Shown: positions 9,278 through 18,827 of the stretch, in pieces | How positions within the stretch are numbered: position 1 is the stretch's first letter | Layout of the letters: each line of letters opens with the position of its first letter | Source: Bacteroidales bacterium | GTDB lineage: Bacteria; Bacteroidota; Bacteroidia; Bacteroidales; GCA-2748055 | Assembly (NCBI GenBank): GCA_029210725.1 | Contig: JARGFM010000012.1 | Coordinates: 36,956-100,955, forward strand | DNA: 64,000 nt | Direction: 5' to 3' | Translations under genes and position numbers: made by a program | The notes under the pieces: generated by a model | Databases searched by the model: none | Told to the model about the DNA's origin: nothing | Seen by the model: only the letters and a program-made list of their open reading frames with translations

Positions 9278-9838
9278 ATGACGGAAGAGATCATTATTGC
9301 AGGTTTCGGGGGACAGGGAGTCCTCTCCATGGGTAAGATCCTGGCCTACTCCGGGATCATGCAGGACCAGGAGGTCAGCTGGATGCCGTCCTACGGCCCT
9401 GAAATGCGCGGAGGAACCGCAAATGTTACGGTGATACTGAGCGATGACCGGGTCAGCTCTCCGGTACTGCAAAGTTATGACACCGCGATCCTGCTGAATC
9501 AGCAATCGATGGATAAATTTGAATCCATGGTGAAACCGGGAGGCCTGATGCTCTATGATCCCAACGGGATTACCCGCCATCCCCAACGGGACGATATCCG
9601 TATCTTTCAGGTGGAAGCCACCGAAGAGGCAGTCCGACTGAAATCCCCGATCACTTTTAATATGGTGGTTCTGGGGGCCTACATCAAGGTGAATCCGGTG
9701 GTGGATTTTGAGCATGTGATTCAGGGTCTGCGTAAATCACTTCCCGAACGGCACCATCACCTGATCCCTCAGAATGAGAAGGCAATACAGCGGGGAATGG
9801 AGATCGTGCGGGAAGCCAAGCTAAGTTCTGCGGGATAA
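9278..9838 (+). CDS. 2-oxoacid:ferredoxin oxidoreductase gamma subunit
   Basis: 186 aa. IIAGFGGQGVLSMG motif typical of OFOR gamma subunits. Confidence 0.85.
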   Translation: MTEEIIIAGFGGQGVLSMGKILAYSGIMQDQEVSWMPSYGPEMRGGTANVTVILSDDRVSSPVLQSYDTAILLNQQSMDKFESMVKPGGLMLYDPNGITRHPQRDDIRIFQVEATEEAVRLKSPITFNMVVLGAYIKVNPVVDFEHVIQGLRKSLPERHHHLIPQNEKAIQRGMEIVREAKLSSAG

Positions 9839-9945
9839 GGGTTTTCTGTGGAACATGTATTGATACTATCAAATGAGTTGCGCAAAGGATAGTATCATCC
9901 ATCAATCCATTCATCAACTAATATACTGCGAGGGATTTCCCGGGT

Positions 9946-10521
9946 CTATTTCTCATAAAAATGCATCTCGCGCATATAGGTATAGGCTTTGGCCGGTACC
10001 AGGTGGCGCACATCTTTCCCCTCTTTAATGGCCCGGCGAATCAGACTGGAGGAGATTTCCATGGCGGGGGCCTTTACCAGGGTGGCGTTGGGAAGACCGG
10101 TTAACAACTCCGCATCGGTCCCCGGCCGGGGGTAGATCAGACGGTGGTACTTCTCAACGATCAGGCCGGCATGTTTCCATTTATGAAAGGTCCGCAGACC
10201 ATCGGCTCCCATCACCAGCTGAAATTCCCTGCCCGGATATTTCTCTTCCAGGTAGGTCAGGGTATCTATGGTATAGGAGGGGGTAGGAAGCTTGAACTCA
10301 ATATCGGAGGCCCTGAAACGCTCATCCTCCTCTATGGCCAGCCGGACCATCTCAAGACGATGGTAATCGGGAAGCAGGCTCTTTTTCGCTTTCAGGGGAT
10401 TCTGCGGACTTACGACGAACCATAGTTGCTCTACGTCGCTGTACTCGACCATAAAGTTGGCTATGGCCAGGTGGCCGATATGGATGGGATTAAAGGAGCC
10501 AAAATAGAGTCCGGTGATCAT
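9946..10521 (-). CDS. nadD: nicotinate-nucleotide adenylyltransferase
   Basis: 191 aa. GSFNPIHIGH (HxGH motif) and ISSSLIRR (ISSTxxR-like) motif. Confidence 0.85.
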   Translation of the reverse strand: MITGLYFGSFNPIHIGHLAIANFMVEYSDVEQLWFVVSPQNPLKAKKSLLPDYHRLEMVRLAIEEDERFRASDIEFKLPTPSYTIDTLTYLEEKYPGREFQLVMGADGLRTFHKWKHAGLIVEKYHRLIYPRPGTDAELLTGLPNATLVKAPAMEISSSLIRRAIKEGKDVRHLVPAKAYTYMREMHFYEK

Positions 10522-11084
10522 TGGGCCAGGAATTCTTTAACGATTCTTTCAGCTTCCGCCAGAGCGGTCTCCAGGGCATCATTAACCAGTATGTAGTCGA
10601 AGCGAGCAGCTTGTTCCATCTCAAAAAGGGCTTTTCCAAGCCTCTTTTGCAGGGAACTTTCATCGTCTGTCGCCCTGGAACGCAGCCGTTGTTCCAGGAT
10701 CTCCATGGAGGGAGCCTGGATAAAGATGGCGCAGGCTCTCTTACCATACTTATTTTTCAGATTCAGTCCGCCCACCACATCGATATCAAAAATGGCATGG
10801 CAGCCCCCGTTCCAGATTCGCTCCACTTCGCTGTACAGGGTCCCGTAAAACTGATCGGGGTACACCTCCTCCCATTCGACAAAGGCATTTTCCCGGATCT
10901 TTTTTCGAAACTCTCCGGGAGAAATAAAATAGTACTCCCGGCCATCTAGCTCCCCTTTCCTGGGCTTGCGGGAAGTGGCTGAGATACTGAATTCCAGTCC
11001 CAGCTCCAGTTTCATCAGGTGATGAACGATGGTGGATTTACCGGCACCGGAAGGTGCGCTGAAAATGAGTAATTTCCCTTCCAT
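10518..11084 (-). CDS. gmk: guanylate kinase
   Basis: 188 aa. P-loop SAPSGAGKST and typical Gmk length. It overlaps nadD by 4 nt. Confidence 0.9.
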   Translation of the reverse strand: MEGKLLIFSAPSGAGKSTIVHHLMKLELGLEFSISATSRKPRKGELDGREYYFISPGEFRKKIRENAFVEWEEVYPDQFYGTLYSEVERIWNGGCHAIFDIDVVGGLNLKNKYGKRACAIFIQAPSMEILEQRLRSRATDDESSLQKRLGKALFEMEQAARFDYILVNDALETALAEAERIVKEFLAQ

Positions 11085-11959
11085 TACAATACGTTAAGGA
11101 CCTGCTCCTTGATTCGCTCCAGTTCATCTTTCATCTCTACCACTATTTTCTGAAGTTCCTTGTGGTTGGCCTTGGAGCCCAGTGTATTGATCTCCCTGCC
11201 CATTTCCTGGGATATGAACCCCAGCTTTTTCCCTGCAGGGCTCTGATCTTCCAGGGTCTCCAGGAAATACCTGCAATGGTTGGCCAGCCTGACTTTTTCT
11301 TCGGAGATATCCAGCTTTTCTATGTAATAAATAAGTTCCTGCTCAAAGCGGTTCTCATCTATGCTGTCCTTCATACCCAGTTCGTCCAGATGCTTCCCGA
11401 TACGCTCTCTCACCAGGTCGATACGCTCTCCCTCATATTGGTCCACCTGAGCCAGTTTCCCGAGGATGCTTTCCACCCGAAAACGCAAATCCCCATCCAG
11501 GGAAGCCCCTTCCTGCTTCCTGAACATATTGACAAACTGCAGGGCCTCCAGGAGGGTCTCCTTAACCCGGGTCCACTCGTTCTCTTCCAATTCCAGTTTT
11601 TCGGTCCGGATGGTATCGGGCATTTTCATGACGGTACTCAGCAGCTCCAGGGAAGCCTGCAGCCCCAGCTCTCCGGAGATCCTGTAGAGTTGCCCGTAAT
11701 AGGCTTTCACCACCGGCTCATTAATAATGGAGGGAACAGCTTCACTCGAAAGTTCGTAGTGGAAAGAACACTCCACCTTGCCTCTTTCCAGTTCGGAAGC
11801 GATCAGTTGCCGGATCTCCAGTTCCTTTTGCTTATAGAGGGAAGGCAGGCGGGTGCTGGTATCCAGTTGCTTGCTGTTGAGAGATTTAATTTCGACGGTC
11901 AGCTTTTTGTCGGCCAGCAGGCATTCGGCTTTCCCGTAGCCGGTCATGGATCTGATCAT
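11084..11959 (-). CDS. YicC-family stress-induced protein
   Basis: The MIRSMTGYGKAE start is typical of YicC/UPF0701. The ORF-track start at 12076 would run into the upstream kinase gene, so I place the start at the internal ATG at 11959. Confidence 0.8.
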   Translation of the reverse strand: MIRSMTGYGKAECLLADKKLTVEIKSLNSKQLDTSTRLPSLYKQKELEIRQLIASELERGKVECSFHYELSSEAVPSIINEPVVKAYYGQLYRISGELGLQASLELLSTVMKMPDTIRTEKLELEENEWTRVKETLLEALQFVNMFRKQEGASLDGDLRFRVESILGKLAQVDQYEGERIDLVRERIGKHLDELGMKDSIDENRFEQELIYYIEKLDISEEKVRLANHCRYFLETLEDQSPAGKKLGFISQEMGREINTLGSKANHKELQKIVVEMKDELERIKEQVLNVL

Positions 11960-12017
11960 GGTTTTTTCAGATAAAGTTAGGTGCAAATTTACAGTATTCA
12001 GATTGCTTTGGCAACGT

Positions 12018-15000
12018 TCAGTTGGCCATGGGTACTGTAAAGCTGAAAACCGAGCCCTTTCCGGGCGAGCTTTCAACTTTTATCTCGCCCCCGTTTTTTT
12101 CCACGAATTCCCTGCAAATGATCAGTCCGAGTCCTGTACCTTTTTCCCCGGCCGTCCCGGTGGATTTGAATTTCTCATCTATCCGGAACAATTTCTCCAT
12201 CTGTTCCGGGCTGATCCCGATCCCTTCATCCACAATGGACACTTCGATCTCCTCCTTCCGGGGCTTCAGCTGGATCTCGACCTTTTTATCTCTGTTGGTA
12301 AATTTGACTGCATTGGTAACCAGGTTGCGTATTACACTGTTGATCATGTCCCGGTCCCCGTAAGCGTAAACTTCATCCTGTTCAGATGCATGTAACATGA
12401 TTCCCTTTTTCTCGGCCAGCAGCCGGTGCAGGTTGATATTCTCCTGAACCAGGGAGCTCAGGTTAAACTTTACCGGATCGTACTTGATTCTTCCCCTTTG
12501 CGATCTGGACCAGGTCAGGAGGTTTTCCAGCAGGTCGAGCAGATGTTTTACAGACTGGTTTATCTTCATAAATCCAGCTTTATGGTCCTCTCTTTCCGTA
12601 TCGTCAAAACTTTCTACCATCAGCTCGCTGATCTGCTGATTCTGATGCTTCAGCAGGCGGTTGGTCCGCGACTTCAACAGGTAAATATAGATCCAAACCG
12701 CGATGGATACAGAGACCAGTATCTCCAGCAGGATAAACCACCAGGATAACCAGATGGGTGGAGTGATAAGAATACTAAGCTGCAGAGGCGGATCACTCCG
12801 GTATCCATCCGTGTTCTCGGCCACCACCTTCAGCAGATAATTGCCTGCTTTCATGTTGGTATAGGAAACATAGTTCCTGGAGCCGGCATTGTTCCAGTCC
12901 GTATCAAGATTTTCCATGATATAGCTGTAGTGCAGATCGCCTGTTTGCAGGTTGTTGAGGGCCGCAAATTCGACAGAGAAGAAGCGATGCCGGTAATCCA
13001 GAACAATCTCCTCCATGTAGCTCACATTTTCACTGCTGTAGAAATTTCCATCGGATTCTACTATACGTTCCGGCTGACCCTCAAACTCCTCTTCCAAATC
13101 AATCCCTCCGATTCGTACTTCTTTCCCAAGCACTTCCAGGCTGGTAAGGGTGAACTCCGGGACATTCGTGACCGGTTCCAGGGTCTCGGGGTCGACGATA
13201 TTCATGCCATATACCCCTCCGAAATATAGTTTCCCGCTGGGTCCCCTGTAGAAGGAGCCTCCATTAAATTCGTTGCTCTGCAGGCCATCGTTCATATCAA
13301 AGTTCCTGACTTCAAAAGTCTCCAGATCGAAGCGGCAGATCCCCAGATTGGTGCTTAGCCAGATGCAGTTGTTGTTATCCGGAAGCACTCCGTATATCAC
13401 CTCATTGGCCAGTCCCTCGTTCACCCCAAAACGTCGGAAGGTTCCCGTGGCCGGATAGAACATATTCAGTCCGCTGTTGGTCCCTATCCAGAACCTCTCC
13501 TGAGGGTCTTCATAAATAGAAAAGACAATATTATCCGAAATACTGTTGGGATCTTCGGGATCGTAAAAATAGCTGATGCAGCTGCCATCTTCCGGATTCA
13601 GCCTGCAGAGGCCGCCTCCGTAGGTTCCCACCCAGAGTTTGTCATTTTTATCCTGGTGAATGGCGGAGTAAATGAAGTTATGCGGGGGGCCTGTTTCCTG
13701 GGCTGCGGCGGTCAGGTATCGCCTGAAACTCTTTTGATCCTCCAGCAGGAGGTTCAGTCCGTTGCGTGTGCCTACCCAGATTCTTCCCTCCCGGTCCTCA
13801 AACACTGCCCGGACTGAATTGTGTGACAGGGAAGCCGGATTGCCGGGATCATGTCTGAAGTGCGTAAAAGACCGCTTATCCGGATGGAACAGATTTAGTC
13901 CGCCTCCGTCGGTCCCGATCCAGATTCGGCCCCTGCTGTCCTGGTAGATTTTCCGGATGGAGGAGTGAGCCAGTGAGCCGGGTTCAAGTGGATTGTGATC
14001 GTAATGTGTGTAGGTCCCCCGGCGCTGATCGTAGCAGGAGATCCCATGAGCATTTGTGCCCATCCACAGGGTGCTGTCCGAAGCTTCACATATGGTCCAG
14101 ATAAATGAACTGGCCAGGCTGTTTGGATTAAAGGGGTTGTTTTTGAACAGGGTAAACCTGTTTGAATGGGGATTCATTACAGAGATGCCGGCACCAAAGG
14201 TCCCAAACCAGGTGGCCCCGGAACGATCCTGGAAAACACAATTGATGGAATTATCCGAGAGACTTTCCGGATCAGCAGGATTATGCATATAATGCCGGTA
14301 ACTGAAGTTTTCCGGATCGATCCAGAAAACACCATTTCCAAAGGTTCCGAACCAGATATCTCCGGTGAGGTCTTCCAGCAGTGATTCCCTGGGGTCCGTG
14401 GCCAGCGAGTGAGTGCTTCCTCCTGTTGAGAGAAAAAGTTGCAGGTCGTCCTCTTCTTTCCGGTAGCAGTAAAGTCCCTCCCCGGTAAGTATCCATACCT
14501 GGCCCAGATAGTCCGGAAGGACCCTGGTGATCCTGGCATTTTCCCCGGCAAAATTCAGTGCGATCAACTGACTCCGGCGGTCGGGCGACAGGTCAAGCTT
14601 CACCAGCCCCCTGTCGGTCCCGAGCCAGAGAGTCTCGTCTCTCAGTGCCATATCGTAAATGGAGGTGCTGGTATCGATCGGGCCATCCCTGTTTTCACTG
14701 AAAAATAATCCTGATTTCCTGTCGTAACTGTAGAGCCCCTTATAGGTGGAAATCCAGAAACGGCCCGATTTATCGTTCAGAAATCCGCTGATCCGGCTGC
14801 TTAGCCCAACCAGCTCCTGGTCGTCCGGTACGACTCTCTGAACTTCTCTGGAGAACCGGTCCACATGGTTCAGTCCCCGGAAAGTTCCCACCCATATTTC
14901 ATTTCTAAGGTCTGCCTCAATGGCGGTGATGGTGTCGTTTGAGAGGCTGGAGATGTTTTTCGGGTCGTGCTTCAGGGCGGTAAACATACCTGTACGCGGA

Positions 15001-15326
15001 TTGTACCTGGTAAGTCCGCTTTTGGAGCCGAGCCAGATGACTCCCGATTTATCTTCGAAGATGAGTTCAATCCATTTATCTGCCAGCAGATTGTGCTGAT
15101 CGGTATGTGCTCCGTACACCGTGATGTTCTGGCCATCATATTTATTCAGGCCGTCCTCGGTCCCAAACCACATAAATCCTTTGGAGTCCTGGTATATATG
15201 GTAGACCGAACTCAGGGAGAGGCCATCGTTGATGGTAATCCGCTTAAAGGGGAGATAGTCATCCTGTGCGGCCAGTCCGGCGGAGCAGAGCAGCAGTCCG
15301 ATTAAAAGCAGTAAGTACCTGGTCAT
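12018..15326 (-). CDS. sensor histidine kinase with periplasmic two-component-regulator propeller/Y_Y_Y domains (no REC or HTH output)
   Basis: 1102 aa. Signal/TM segment, many propeller repeats (e.g. WFGTEDGLNKYD, WIGTDGGGLNLF), a single TM (WWFILLEILVSVSIAVWIYIYLL), then a short DHp-like segment and HATPase_c (NLVTNAVKF, DEGIGI, GTGLGL). Confidence 0.8.
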   Translation of the reverse strand: MTRYLLLLIGLLLCSAGLAAQDDYLPFKRITINDGLSLSSVYHIYQDSKGFMWFGTEDGLNKYDGQNITVYGAHTDQHNLLADKWIELIFEDKSGVIWLGSKSGLTRYNPRTGMFTALKHDPKNISSLSNDTITAIEADLRNEIWVGTFRGLNHVDRFSREVQRVVPDDQELVGLSSRISGFLNDKSGRFWISTYKGLYSYDRKSGLFFSENRDGPIDTSTSIYDMALRDETLWLGTDRGLVKLDLSPDRRSQLIALNFAGENARITRVLPDYLGQVWILTGEGLYCYRKEEDDLQLFLSTGGSTHSLATDPRESLLEDLTGDIWFGTFGNGVFWIDPENFSYRHYMHNPADPESLSDNSINCVFQDRSGATWFGTFGAGISVMNPHSNRFTLFKNNPFNPNSLASSFIWTICEASDSTLWMGTNAHGISCYDQRRGTYTHYDHNPLEPGSLAHSSIRKIYQDSRGRIWIGTDGGGLNLFHPDKRSFTHFRHDPGNPASLSHNSVRAVFEDREGRIWVGTRNGLNLLLEDQKSFRRYLTAAAQETGPPHNFIYSAIHQDKNDKLWVGTYGGGLCRLNPEDGSCISYFYDPEDPNSISDNIVFSIYEDPQERFWIGTNSGLNMFYPATGTFRRFGVNEGLANEVIYGVLPDNNNCIWLSTNLGICRFDLETFEVRNFDMNDGLQSNEFNGGSFYRGPSGKLYFGGVYGMNIVDPETLEPVTNVPEFTLTSLEVLGKEVRIGGIDLEEEFEGQPERIVESDGNFYSSENVSYMEEIVLDYRHRFFSVEFAALNNLQTGDLHYSYIMENLDTDWNNAGSRNYVSYTNMKAGNYLLKVVAENTDGYRSDPPLQLSILITPPIWLSWWFILLEILVSVSIAVWIYIYLLKSRTNRLLKHQNQQISELMVESFDDTEREDHKAGFMKINQSVKHLLDLLENLLTWSRSQRGRIKYDPVKFNLSSLVQENINLHRLLAEKKGIMLHASEQDEVYAYGDRDMINSVIRNLVTNAVKFTNRDKKVEIQLKPRKEEIEVSIVDEGIGISPEQMEKLFRIDEKFKSTGTAGEKGTGLGLIICREFVEKNGGEIKVESSPGKGSVFSFTVPMAN

Positions 15327-15435
15327 CCTGGAAACGTGGTAGCGTTAGTTCAAATAGGACGTACAAATATCGATCCAAGTTACCCAATCACCCCGGGTAA
15401 ATCAATGAAAAAGGGTTAAAATATGTTATCTGTTC

Positions 15436-16836
15436 TTAACGGGTAATGGTAGCTGGTTCCACTTTGGCTTTGACAACCGTCCTGGTTTTCCAGCGGCCCG
15501 TCCGGTAGTAGATGACAGACAGCAGCAATCCGATTCCCCACCCGCTGGGAATGGACCACCAGATTCCCGTAGCTCCCAGTCCGGCCCCTTTTATGCTCAG
15601 TCCGAATATCTGTATGCTCTCCTGGCTGAGGAACACGGCGGCCGGAATCCGTATGATCCACAGAGAGAAAATGGTCAGGAACATGGGAATCAGAGTATCC
15701 CCGGCCCCCCGCATTACCCCTCCATAGGTAAACATCCCTGTAAACAAAAGGTAGAAGGAGGTGACAATGGTCAGGTACCTGCCCCCGATGTCGATCACCG
15801 CCTGATCGCGGGTAAACAGGTTCATAAGCGGATACTTGAAAATAATTACCAGAATTGTGATTACCAGGGCCGTGGCCGATGACATCAGCAGGGTGCGGGC
15901 CAGTCCCTTTTTCACCCGGTCTATTTTTCCGGCCCCGATATTTTGTCCCACGAAAGTTGCCAGGGCATGAGAAAAAACCATGGAGGGGATGACCGCCAGA
16001 CTGTCGAGCCGGCCGGCAGCCGTATAACCTGCAACCACATCTGTTCCAAATCCGTTGACAATTCGCATAAGCGCCATCATTCCCAGAGCCACAAATGCCT
16101 GCTGTACCCCTGTGGGCAGGCCAATGCGCAGACTCTGTTTAAAGATATCCCAGTCAAAGGAGAACTCCCTGAGGTTAAATCTGATCAGTTCATGGTTCCT
16201 GTTGAGATAGAATACGGCCACCATAAAGGCAGTCCCCTGGGCAATCAGGGTAGCAAAAGCCGCACCCTCGATGCCCCAGCCAAGTTTCACAATAAACAGC
16301 AGGTCCAGTCCGATATTGAGAATGGTGGAAAGAACCAGGAAATAGAGGGGAGTAATGGAATCGCCCAGTCCCCTCAGGATGGCCGCCACCCCGTTATAGC
16401 CGAAAAAGACCACCAGTCCGGATACGTAAATAGTTAAGTAGGTGTTGGCCATGGGCAAAAGCTCCTCGGGGAGCTTGATCAGACGGAAAATCTGTTCTGA
16501 AAAGGAGATCCCGATGACGGTCATGATCACGGCAAAAACACCCATGACAATAAAAATGGTATCAATGGCACGTTTGACTTTGGTAAAGTTTTTGGCGCCA
16601 TAAAACTGGGAGATCACAATGGTCCCACCGGTTGCAATCCCGATGATCAGAGCGATCAGGGTGAAGATGACCGGGAAGGAAGCACCTACCGCTGCCAGTG
16701 CCTCTTTCCCCAGGAATCTGCCTACAATGATCTGATCTACAAAGGTATAAAGCTGCTGAAACATATGCCCTACCAGCATTGGCATGGCGAAACGCAATAT
16801 GTTTTTTCCTACGCTGCCTTCGGTTAAATCTTTCAT
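15436..16836 (-). CDS. MATE family efflux transporter
   Basis: 466 aa, roughly 12 hydrophobic segments, and a MATE-type N-terminus (ILRFAMPMLVGHMFQQLY). Confidence 0.85.
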   Translation of the reverse strand: MKDLTEGSVGKNILRFAMPMLVGHMFQQLYTFVDQIIVGRFLGKEALAAVGASFPVIFTLIALIIGIATGGTIVISQFYGAKNFTKVKRAIDTIFIVMGVFAVIMTVIGISFSEQIFRLIKLPEELLPMANTYLTIYVSGLVVFFGYNGVAAILRGLGDSITPLYFLVLSTILNIGLDLLFIVKLGWGIEGAAFATLIAQGTAFMVAVFYLNRNHELIRFNLREFSFDWDIFKQSLRIGLPTGVQQAFVALGMMALMRIVNGFGTDVVAGYTAAGRLDSLAVIPSMVFSHALATFVGQNIGAGKIDRVKKGLARTLLMSSATALVITILVIIFKYPLMNLFTRDQAVIDIGGRYLTIVTSFYLLFTGMFTYGGVMRGAGDTLIPMFLTIFSLWIIRIPAAVFLSQESIQIFGLSIKGAGLGATGIWWSIPSGWGIGLLLSVIYYRTGRWKTRTVVKAKVEPATITR

Positions 16837-17055
16837 GATAAAATTCAGCCGCCTAAGTTCGTTAATTTATTTCAGCTAACATAATGGCCTGCAGGTGACC
16901 TGGAATCTGTAAGAGGATCCGCCTGAAAAGAGTGCGTCGGGGAGGATGGTCGTTGATGTTATAGGAGATATTTTTTTATTTCACAGGAAATTTTCTTAAC
17001 CTGTGTAATTATTTTCTTTCATGCACCTGTCAAACAACAAAAGCTATTTCTTATC

Positions 17056-17694
17056 ATGAAAAATTTCCGGATGTTCACTGCCATGTTGTTCACTTTTGGA
17101 CTCATGCAGGGCGGAATTGCCCAGATTGCAGGAACTGCACACGATTTCTCAAGCGAATCGTAGGCCCCTGGCTCTAACCGCGGATGTGGCGTTTGTCACA
17201 CTACCCACCAATCACTTCCAGTCGCCAGCGCTCCCTTGTGGCACCATGAAACCACGGTGCTGGCCGGTTATACCCTCTATGATTCACCCACATTTGATGG
17301 AGGAACCACCATTATCGATCCAGGGGCAAGCTCACGCCTCTGCCTAAGCTGCCATGACGGGACCGTGGCACTGGAGAATTTCGGTGGGGTCAGTTCCGGC
17401 ACCAACTATATCGATCCTTCATCGCGGATCGGGGGGGTGGCCGGCAATGATCTGAGCACAGAACATCCCATCTCTTTTGATTATACCGATGCGCTGGCCT
17501 CCGGTGACGGAGGTCTTTTCCCTCGTACAACCACCAACAGCGGGCTGGGGAGCACCATCGATAACGATATGCTTTTCAGTAGCAGGATGGAGTGCGCCTC
17601 GTGCCACGATGTTCATAACAGGTACGGGGTCATGCACCTGTTGAAGATGTCCAATGTGAACAGCGAACTCTGCCTGACCTGCCATAACAAATAG
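17056..17694 (+). pseudogene. tetrahaem c-type cytochrome (Cyt1) interrupted by in-frame TAG at 17161-17163
   Basis: The ATG at 17056 encodes a signal peptide, MKNFRMFTAMLFTFGLMQGGIAQIAGTAHDFSSES. A TAG follows, and the same frame then continues APGSNRGCGVCHTTH...CLSCH...CASCH...CLTCHNK. It is paralogous to the N-terminus of Cyt4 (CIFCHTPHHSLPASPLW versus CGVCHTTHQSLPVASAPLW). Confidence 0.7.
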
Positions 17695-17735
17695 TGCAGC
17701 CGGTTTCAGTCTAATCCGTAATAAGTTCATCACCC

Positions 17736-18818
17736 ATGAACAGACCTCTGCCCTTTGTTTCCATTGGAATAATTTGCTTCACCTGCCTGCTCTTTGCCTG
17801 TAATTCACAGGTGGCAAAGTCCCCTTCTCCAGGATCCCTGGTCATTTTTCCGCCACCCCCCGATACCACCCGGATACAGTTTCTGACCTACTTCAGCTCT
17901 TCTGATGATCTGGAGGGGGATCAGGGAGCATTTCAAAGGTTTTTGTTTGGTGAGGAGCCCCCGCTCAATATGATCAAACCCTATGGAATCACCGTTCATT
18001 AGGAGAAAGTTTATATCTGTGATACCGGTTTGGGCGGACTGGAGGTGCTGGATCTGGAAAAGGGGAGCTTCGAGTATTTCATCCCGGGTGGCAAGGGTCA
18101 GTTGAAACTGCCCATCAACTGTTGTGTGGATGAACGGGGCTATCTTTATGTGGCCGATGCCAACCGTGGGCAAATTGTCGTGTTTGACGGGAATCAGCAG
18201 TTCGTGCATGCTTTTGGGGAAGCGGAAGGATTCAGGCCCACGGATGTGGGTGTTCACCAGGGGATCATCTGGGTGGCCAATGTCCGGGACCACTCGGTCT
18301 GTCTCTACGGAAGCGATGATTTTAAATTGATCGACCGCAGACCGGATCTGGGACCGGAGGAGGAGGGATTTATCAGGCAGGCCACAAATATGGCCATCCT
18401 GAACGACAGGCTCTATATTTCGGATTTCGGCGATTTCAATGTAAAATCCTATACCCTCGGGGGGGAATACCTGGGTGTGGTAGGTGGTTATGGGAACGGA
18501 CCCGGACGCTTTACCAGGCCCAAGGGTATTGCTCAGGACCGGGAGGAGAACCTCTATTTAGTGGACGCTGCATTCGAAAATGTACAGCTGTTTAATGCCG
18601 GGGGAGATTTGTTGATGCATTTTGGTGGTGCTTACAAAGGAGCCGGAGCCATGTGGCTGCCTGCTGCTGTTGAGATCAGTTATGAGAACCTCTCCTTTTT
18701 CGAACCTTATGTTGATGATAGTTTCGTGCTGAAATACCTGATTTATGTTACGAACCAGTATGGTCCTGCTAAAGTCAATGTGTATGGTTTTGTGGAACAG
18801 AAACCAGCTTATCCTTAA
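17736..18818 (+). pseudogene. NHL-repeat beta-propeller lipoprotein (NHL1) interrupted by in-frame TAG at 18000-18002
   Basis: Lipobox LLFAC. The reading ...KPYGITVH-TAG-EKVYICDTGLGGLEVLDL stays in one frame across the stop and forms a normal NHL blade. Later blades include FTRPKGIAQDREENLYLVDAAFENVQLF. Confidence 0.7.
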
Positions 18819-18827
18819 AAGCCGTCC

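Noticed and set aside
11960-12076. N-terminal extension of the YicC ORF given by the ORF track (start at 12076). The same issue applies to the upstream extensions of purB (35817), the rhodanese gene (42077), the second YeeE/YedE gene (43308), Cyt4 (23139) and the DUF4256-like gene (53292).
   Set aside because: The extensions overlap the preceding gene or read through non-coding-looking sequence. Internal ATGs give N-termini that match the conserved family starts or proper signal peptides.
17096-17347. 83-aa ORF overlapping the start of Cyt1 in another frame.
   Set aside because: The frame that carries the signal peptide and the CXXCH motifs is clearly the coding one. This ORF has no motifs.
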